From NCBI GenBank assembly GCA_021153285.1, contig JAGKTT010000010.1, forward strand, positions 7,986 through 71,985: a stretch of DNA of 64,000 nucleotides, written 5' to 3'. This document shows positions 54,646 to 64,000 of the stretch, piece by piece (within the stretch, counting starts at the first letter, position 1; every line of letters begins with the position of its first letter). The translations under genes and the position numbers were made by a program. The notes under the pieces are model-generated. The model was not told the DNA's origin, searched no databases, and saw nothing but the letters and a program-made list of their open reading frames with translations. This stretch comes from Bacteroidia bacterium (lineage in GTDB: Bacteria > Bacteroidota > Bacteroidia > Bacteroidales > UBA932).

Positions 54646-57600
54646 TTAGAGGTCTGCAAGATTCTTCTGCATATCGGCAGCTGGAGCAACCAGAATCTCC
54701 TGGAATTCCTTCTGACCTGTACCTGCAGGGATAGGATGTCCGCAGATGACATTCTCCTTAAGACCCTCGAGAGTATCGACGCGGCCACGGATTGCAGCCT
54801 CGCTGAGTACCTTGGTTGTCTCCTGGAATGAAGCTGCTGAGATGAAGCTGTTTGTCTTCAATGCAGCTCTTGTAATACCCTGGAGTACCTGGCTTGCTGT
54901 TGCAGGCTTAGCCTCACGGAGAACCATCATCTTAAGACCCTGACGGTCGAGTGAAGAATTTTCGCTTCTCATCTCACGTGCAGTGATGATGTCACCCTCT
55001 GAGTAGATCTCAGAATCACCCTTGTCAAGTACGAAGAACTTGCCATAGATGTGATCGTTGGTATCCATAAAGAGCCACTTGTCTACAAGCTCCTCCTGGA
55101 GGAATTCTGTATCACCTGGATCATTGATCTGAACCTTTCTCATCATCTGACGTACGATGATTTCAAAGTGCTTGTCATTGATCTTTACACCCTGGAGACG
55201 GTAAACCTCCTGGATCTCATTCACGATATACTCCTGAACCTTGATAGGACCGAGGATATTGAGAATATCAGTAGGAGATACGGCACCATCTGAAAGTCTT
55301 GTACCAGCCCTTACATAGTCATTCTCCTGAACAAGGATCTGCTTGGTAAGAGGAACGAGGTAGTGCTTCTCGATGCCGGAACGATGCTTGATGATGATCT
55401 CGCGGTTACCTCTCTTGATCTTACCCATAATAACCTCACCGTTGATTTCTGAAACGATTGCAGGATTAGATGGGTTACGTGCTTCGAAGAGCTCTGTAAC
55501 TCGTGGGAGACCTCCGGTGATATCGGATGCTTTACCGATAGCACGTGGGATCTTGATGATGATGTCACCGACCTTAGCATCTGCACCATCCTCTACCATT
55601 ACGTGAGCTCCTACAGGGAGGTTGTAATGCTTCAAAGCCTCGCCGTTCTCATCAACGATGATGATGGTAGGGTTCTTTGACTTGTCACGCGACTCGATGA
55701 TAACCTTATCTCTGTTGAGAGAGTACTCGTCAGCCATTTCCTCACGGAATGTCACACCGTCGATCATATTGTCGAAGCAGATCTTACCGGCTGTCTCGAT
55801 GATGGTGATAGCGTTATAAGCATCCCACTCACAGATAAGGTCACCCTTCTTGACTGAATCACCGTCCTTCTTGTAAAGGATTGAACCGTAAGGAACATCA
55901 TACTGTGAATATGTGATACCGGTATTCTCGTCTACGATGCGAACCTCAGTCGTACGGCTGACAACCACATCCTGTACTCCGTCCTCAGTAACTCTTTCGA
56001 TAGTTCTGAGTTCCTCGAACTCGAGTTTACCATTGTACTTTGATGTAATAGCGTTCTCTGCAGCTGTACTTGAAGCTGTACCACCGACGTGGAATGTACG
56101 GAGTGTAAGCTGTGTACCAGGCTCACCGATTGACTGTGCAGCGATTACGCCGACAACCTCTCCCTTCTCGACCATACGGCCTGATGCGAGGTTACGTCCG
56201 TAACATTTTGCGCAGACACCCTTGCGAGACTCACAAGTGAGAACCGAACGGATCTCCACCTGCTCGATAGGGAGTGACTCGATGAGGTTAGCGATGTCCT
56301 CAGTAATTTCCTCACCTGCAGGGATGATAAGATCACCTGTGAGAGGATTGAAGATGTCGTGAACCGAAGTACGTCCGAGGATACGCTCTCCGAGTGACTC
56401 TACGATCTCATCCTTGCTCTTGATTGCTGTAGCAACAAGTCCGCGGAGAGTACCGCAATCCTCCTCGTTGATGATCACATCGTGAGATACGTCTACGAGA
56501 CGACGGGTAAGGTAACCTGCGTCGGCTGTCTTGAGCGCTGTATCGGCAAGACCCTTACGAGCACCGTGTGTCGAGATGAAGTACTCGAGCACTGACATAC
56601 CTTCCTTAAGGTTAGAGATGATCGGGTTCTCGATGATCTCTGCACCCTGACCGCCGGACTTCTGTGGCTTAGCCATCAAACCTCGCATACCGCAAAGCTG
56701 CTTGATCTGTGCTGTCGAACCACGGGCTCCAGAGTCGAGCATCATATATACCGGGTTGAATCCCTGCTGATCGCTTGAAATCTGCTGCTCGACGATCTTG
56801 GTGATCTTGTTGTCGATAGAAGACCAAAGGTCAATCACCTTGTTATAACGCTCGTTATTGGTGATGAATCCCATCGCGAAGTTAGCCTTGATATCTTCTA
56901 CAGTATTGTAACCGTTGTCGATAAGCTCTCTCTTTTCCTCCGGAATGATGACATCACCGAGGTTGAATGAAAGACCTCCCTTGAACGCCATTGTGTATCC
57001 GAGATCCTTGATGTCATCGAGGAACTGTGCTGTACGAGCCACACCTGTGTACTTGATGACATTGGAAATGATCTTTCTCAATGACTTCTTACCGAGGATT
57101 TCATTGATATATGGAACTTCCACCGGTGCGAGCTGGTTCACGATGATACGACCTGGAGTAGTCTCCACCATCTGTGTGCCAGCCTCTGGATTCTGCTTGT
57201 CCTTTGGAAGCCTTACGTTGATCTTGGCGTGAATGTCGATTGCCTTCTCGTTAAGAGCGATGATCACTTCCTCAGGTCCGTAGAAGCTCATACCCTCACC
57301 CTTTACACCCGGACGGATCTTGGTGATATAGTAAAGTCCGAGCACCATATCCTGTGATGGGACTGTGATAGGAGTTCCGTTCGCAGGATTGAGGATGTTG
57401 TGCGAGCCGAGCATCAGGAGCTGAGCCTCGAGGATCGCAGCATTTCCAAGCGGAAGGTGAACCGCCATCTGGTCACCGTCAAAGTCGGCGTTGAACGCGG
57501 TACAAGCGAGCGGATGAAGCTGGATTGCCTTACCCTCGATCATCTTAGGCTGGAATGCCTGGATACCAAGACGGTGAAGCGTAGGGGCACGGTTGAGAAG

Positions 57601-58890
57601 AACCGGATGACCCTTCATCACGTTCTCGAGAATATCCCAGATAACAGCATCCTTTCTATCTACGATCTTCTTCGCAGACTTGACTGTCTTCACAATACCA
57701 CGCTCGATCAATTTTCTGATGATGAACGGCTTGTAAAGCTCGGCAGCCATAAACTTAGGAAGACCGCACTCGTGCATCTTGAGCTCTGGACCTACAACGA
57801 TAACCGAACGTGCAGAATAGTCCACACGCTTACCGAGGAGGTTCTGACGGAAACGTCCCTGTTTACCCTTGAGTGAGTCTGAAAGTGACTTGAGGGTACG
57901 GTTAGCTTCGCTCTTTACTGCATTTGACTTCTTTGAATTATCGAAGAGTGAGTCCACAGCCTCCTGAAGCATACGCTTCTCGTTTCTGAGGATGACTTCC
58001 GGAGCCTTGATCTCGATAAGTCTCTTCAGACGGTTGTTACGGATGATGACTCTTCTGTAGAGATCATTGAGGTCTGATGTCGCGAAACGGCCTCCATCGA
58101 GTGGAACGAGAGGACGAAGATCAGGCGGAATCACAGGGATGACCTTAAGGATCATCCACTCAGGACGGTTGATACCCTTTGAATCCTGGAACCACTTCAC
58201 GATGTTGAGTCTCTTGAGAGCCTCTGCTCTTCTCTGCTGTGAAGTCTCCTTCAGCATCTTCTGACGGAGTTCCTTTGCAAGAGCATCTACATCGATCTCC
58301 TTAAGGAGCTCATAGAGAGCCTCCGCGCCCATCTTTGCAACGAACTTGTCAGGATCGTCAGCAGGCATATTATACTGCTCTGGCTGCTCTGCATAGAACT
58401 CAAGATATTCGTCCTCAGAGAGGAGATCAAGTTTCTGGAAACCTGATGTTCCTGGCTTTACGACGATATATTTCTCGTAATAGATTACTGATTCAAGCTT
58501 CTTCGCAGCGATTCCGAGAAGAGCTGCGATCTTGTTTGGTGCTGACTTGAAGTACCAGATATGTGCTACAGGAACTGTGAGCTCGATATGTCCCATTCTC
58601 TCCCTACGCACCTTCTTCTCAGTTACCTCCACGCCGCAACGGTCGCAGACAATACCACGGTAACGGATTCTCTTATACTTACCGCAGTGGCACTCGTAGT
58701 CCTTTGTAGGACCGAAGATCTTCTCGCAGAAGAGACCGTCACGCTCAGGCTTGTATGTCCTGTAGTTGACGGTTTCAGGCTTCAATACCTCTCCAGAAGA
58801 CCTTTCCTTGATGTCTTCTGGAGAAGCAAGAGCGATGCTGATCCTTTCGAAATTGCTTTTAACCTTGTTTTCTTTATTAAAAGTCGGCAT
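54646..58890 (-). CDS. rpoC: DNA-directed RNA polymerase subunit beta'
   Basis: CHCGKYK...CDRCGVE zinc ribbon, [11 protein letters not shown] catalytic motif, [13 protein letters not shown]; 1414 aa. Confidence 0.98.
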   Translation of the reverse strand: MPTFNKENKVKSNFERISIALASPEDIKERSSGEVLKPETVNYRTYKPERDGLFCEKIFGPTKDYECHCGKYKRIRYRGIVCDRCGVEVTEKKVRRERMGHIELTVPVAHIWYFKSAPNKIAALLGIAAKKLESVIYYEKYIVVKPGTSGFQKLDLLSEDEYLEFYAEQPEQYNMPADDPDKFVAKMGAEALYELLKEIDVDALAKELRQKMLKETSQQRRAEALKRLNIVKWFQDSKGINRPEWMILKVIPVIPPDLRPLVPLDGGRFATSDLNDLYRRVIIRNNRLKRLIEIKAPEVILRNEKRMLQEAVDSLFDNSKKSNAVKSEANRTLKSLSDSLKGKQGRFRQNLLGKRVDYSARSVIVVGPELKMHECGLPKFMAAELYKPFIIRKLIERGIVKTVKSAKKIVDRKDAVIWDILENVMKGHPVLLNRAPTLHRLGIQAFQPKMIEGKAIQLHPLACTAFNADFDGDQMAVHLPLGNAAILEAQLLMLGSHNILNPANGTPITVPSQDMVLGLYYITKIRPGVKGEGMSFYGPEEVIIALNEKAIDIHAKINVRLPKDKQNPEAGTQMVETTPGRIIVNQLAPVEVPYINEILGKKSLRKIISNVIKYTGVARTAQFLDDIKDLGYTMAFKGGLSFNLGDVIIPEEKRELIDNGYNTVEDIKANFAMGFITNNERYNKVIDLWSSIDNKITKIVEQQISSDQQGFNPVYMMLDSGARGSTAQIKQLCGMRGLMAKPQKSGGQGAEIIENPIISNLKEGMSVLEYFISTHGARKGLADTALKTADAGYLTRRLVDVSHDVIINEEDCGTLRGLVATAIKSKDEIVESLGERILGRTSVHDIFNPLTGDLIIPAGEEITEDIANLIESLPIEQVEIRSVLTCESRKGVCAKCYGRNLASGRMVEKGEVVGVIAAQSIGEPGTQLTLRTFHVGGTASSTAAENAITSKYNGKLEFEELRTIERVTEDGVQDVVVSRTTEVRIVDENTGITYSQYDVPYGSILYKKDGDSVKKGDLICEWDAYNAITIIETAGKICFDNMIDGVTFREEMADEYSLNRDKVIIESRDKSKNPTIIIVDENGEALKHYNLPVGAHVMVEDGADAKVGDIIIKIPRAIGKASDITGGLPRVTELFEARNPSNPAIVSEINGEVIMGKIKRGNREIIIKHRSGIEKHYLVPLTKQILVQENDYVRAGTRLSDGAVSPTDILNILGPIKVQEYIVNEIQEVYRLQGVKINDKHFEIIVRQMMRKVQINDPGDTEFLQEELVDKWLFMDTNDHIYGKFFVLDKGDSEIYSEGDIITAREMRSENSSLDRQGLKMMVLREAKPATASQVLQGITRAALKTNSFISAASFQETTKVLSEAAIRGRVDTLEGLKENVICGHPIPAGTGQKEFQEILVAPAADMQKNLADL

Positions 58891-58916
58891 ATTTCTATAA
58901 TTTCAATTGTCAGTAA

Positions 58917-62568
<3,652 letters not shown>

Positions 62569-62607
62569 CTTTCTGCCTTTATATAGAGAAAAACATTTTA
62601 TTACGAC

Positions 62608-62640
62608 AAAAAGGTTTAGAGCCTGATAGGCCCTAAACCT
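62608..62640 (-). terminator. rplL-rpoB intergenic terminator/attenuator
   Basis: - strand AGGTTTAGGGCC..GGCTCTAAACCT followed by TTTT; position matches the attenuator known between rplL and rpoB in other bacteria. Confidence 0.7.
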
Positions 62641-62672
62641 GACTTTTTTCCCATCTCGGGGAAGGGGTGAAG

Positions 62673-63041
62673 TTACTTAATCTCAACTTCAGCTCCTGCC
62701 TCTTCGAGGGCAGCCTTAAGTGCTTCAGCCTCTGCCTTAGAAACTTTCTCCTTAACAGCTACTGGTGCCTTGTCAACGATCTCCTTTGACTCCTTAAGTC
62801 CGAGACCTGTAGACTCCTTAACCGCCTTAACAACGCCAAGCTTAGCCTGACCTGCTGAAACGAGGATAACGTCGAACTCAGTCTGCTCAGCCTCGGCTGC
62901 TGCTGCTGGACCTGCTACTGCTACTACTGCAGCTGCTGCAGGCTCGATTCCGTACTCATCCTTAAGGATGTTTGCGAGCTCCTGTACATCTTTCACAGTA
63001 AGGTTTACCAACTCTTCTGCGAGTGCTTTAATGTCTGCCAT
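62673..63041 (-). CDS. rplL: 50S ribosomal protein L7/L12
   Basis: Ala-rich hinge, [38 protein letters not shown]. Confidence 0.97.
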   Translation of the reverse strand: MADIKALAEELVNLTVKDVQELANILKDEYGIEPAAAAVVAVAGPAAAAEAEQTEFDVILVSAGQAKLGVVKAVKESTGLGLKESKEIVDKAPVAVKEKVSKAEAEALKAALEEAGAEVEIK

Positions 63042-63080
63042 AATTGTAATATATTTTATTAATTGTTTGTTTTTCTTGAA

Positions 63081-63497
63081 TTATTCTGCTGATCCTTCAG
63101 CCTTGTCATCATCCTTGTGCTCGAGAGCTGACATAACGTTGCGGATTGGTGAGAGGAGGAGTGATACGATATCAGCGATCATTTCCTCACGTGACTTGAT
63201 AGCGAAGTTGATTACCTTAGCAGGAGCATTTGGAGCTACTGTGTACATAATTGCAGTAGGACCTGCGAGTACCTCAGCGAGCTTCTTCATCTCCTCGTTC
63301 TCAGAAGCCTCAAGAACCTTTGTGAAGAGAGTGTTCTTAGTTACTACGAGCTTTACGCCAGCTTCAAAGCAAGCCTTGCGGAGAGCGTGTGTCTTCTCTG
63401 CGTTGAGTCCTGCGATGTCAGTGATATAGAAGTTAGGAGTCTCCTCCAACTGTGCTGAAATCGCGTTGATAATATCGAGTTTTTCTTCTTTTCTCAT
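63081..63497 (-). CDS. rplJ: 50S ribosomal protein L10, with an apparent internal in-frame deletion
   Basis: GLNAEKTHALRK, VTKNTL, GPTAI, APAKVI then directly IKSREEMIADIV; 138 aa versus about 170 typical; located between rplA and rplL. Confidence 0.9.
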   Translation of the reverse strand: MRKEEKLDIINAISAQLEETPNFYITDIAGLNAEKTHALRKACFEAGVKLVVTKNTLFTKVLEASENEEMKKLAEVLAGPTAIMYTVAPNAPAKVINFAIKSREEMIADIVSLLLSPIRNVMSALEHKDDDKAEGSAE

Positions 63498-63523
63498 AAC
63501 GTTCAATTTTTACAGCACATTAA

Positions 63524-64000
63524 TTATTCTACTGACTTAACATCTACACGGATGCCTGGGCTCATTGTCGAGCAAACAGCAACACCGTTCATATATGTTC
63601 CCTTGAGAGCCTGTGGCTTAAGCTTGAGGATAGCAGAAAGGAGCTCCTTAGCGTTCTCATAGATCTGAGTACCTGAGAATGATACCTTTCCGATCGCTGC
63701 GTGAACGATACCGGTCTTGTCAACCTTGAAATCGATCTTACCAGCCTTAACTTCCTTGACAGCCTTTCCTACTTCCATAGTTACAGTACCTGTCTTAGGG
63801 TTTGGCATAAGTCCTCTAGGACCGAGGATACGACCGATGATACCGACCTTAGCCATTACTGATGGTGTACAGATGATGACATCAACGTCAGTCCATCCAC
63901 CCTTGATCTTCTCGATATACTCGTCGAGACCAACATAGTCTGCGCCAGCCTCTCTTGCCTCATTCTCCTTGTCTGGAGTACAGAGAACGAGAACACGAGT
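63524..64000 (-). CDS. rplA: 50S ribosomal protein L1, 3' part; truncated by window end
   Basis: [19 protein letters not shown]...[16 protein letters not shown]...STMSPG; frame open from base 64000. Confidence 0.96.
   Translation of the reverse strand, partial: TRVLVLCTPDKENEAREAGADYVGLDEYIEKIKGGWTDVDVIICTPSVMAKVGIIGRILGPRGLMPNPKTGTVTMEVGKAVKEVKAGKIDFKVDKTGIVHAAIGKVSFSGTQIYENAKELLSAILKLKPQALKGTYMNGVAVCSTMSPGIRVDVKSVE

Overview
A 64-kb chromosomal segment from a gut/rumen-type Bacteroidales bacterium, judged from the TAnnTTTG promoters, SusC/SusD genes and Bacteroidota-type RpoB/RpoC. Most of it is housekeeping: engB (partial), prs, der, rlmH, cmk, ispH, efp, lptB, dnaX, rsgA, a polyprenyl synthase, recO, rdgB, aroE, ssb, purA and rplA (partial)-rplJ-rplL-rpoB-rpoC. 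The accessory core (about 16.9-37.8 kb) is a non-canonical starch/maltodextrin utilisation locus: an MFS sugar permease, SusC/SusD, a multi-repeat SusE/F-like lipoprotein, a GH13 amylase and a second paralogous SusC/SusD pair, next to a divergent LytS/LytTR two-component system and a GH77 amylomaltase. No susR, susA or susB is present in the window. The best observations are: (1) three 21-bp-phased boxes upstream of the operon, the best being ACCGTTCGTC, which resemble LytTR (AlgR-type) binding sites; (2) a SusE/F-type carbohydrate-binding module inserted inside the amylase catalytic domain; (3) a short palindromic repeat family (TGTCATTY...AATCT) that has entered protein-coding sequence, including an exact 9-codon in-frame insert in rsgA, plus several other REP/MITE-like structures; (4) apparent deletions of roughly 100-170 bp in conserved parts of rpoB, rplJ and a U32 gene, most likely assembly gaps rather than biology. 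I recognised no tRNA, rRNA, transposase, integrase, cas gene or true CRISPR array. All family calls come from motif recognition by eye, not database searches.
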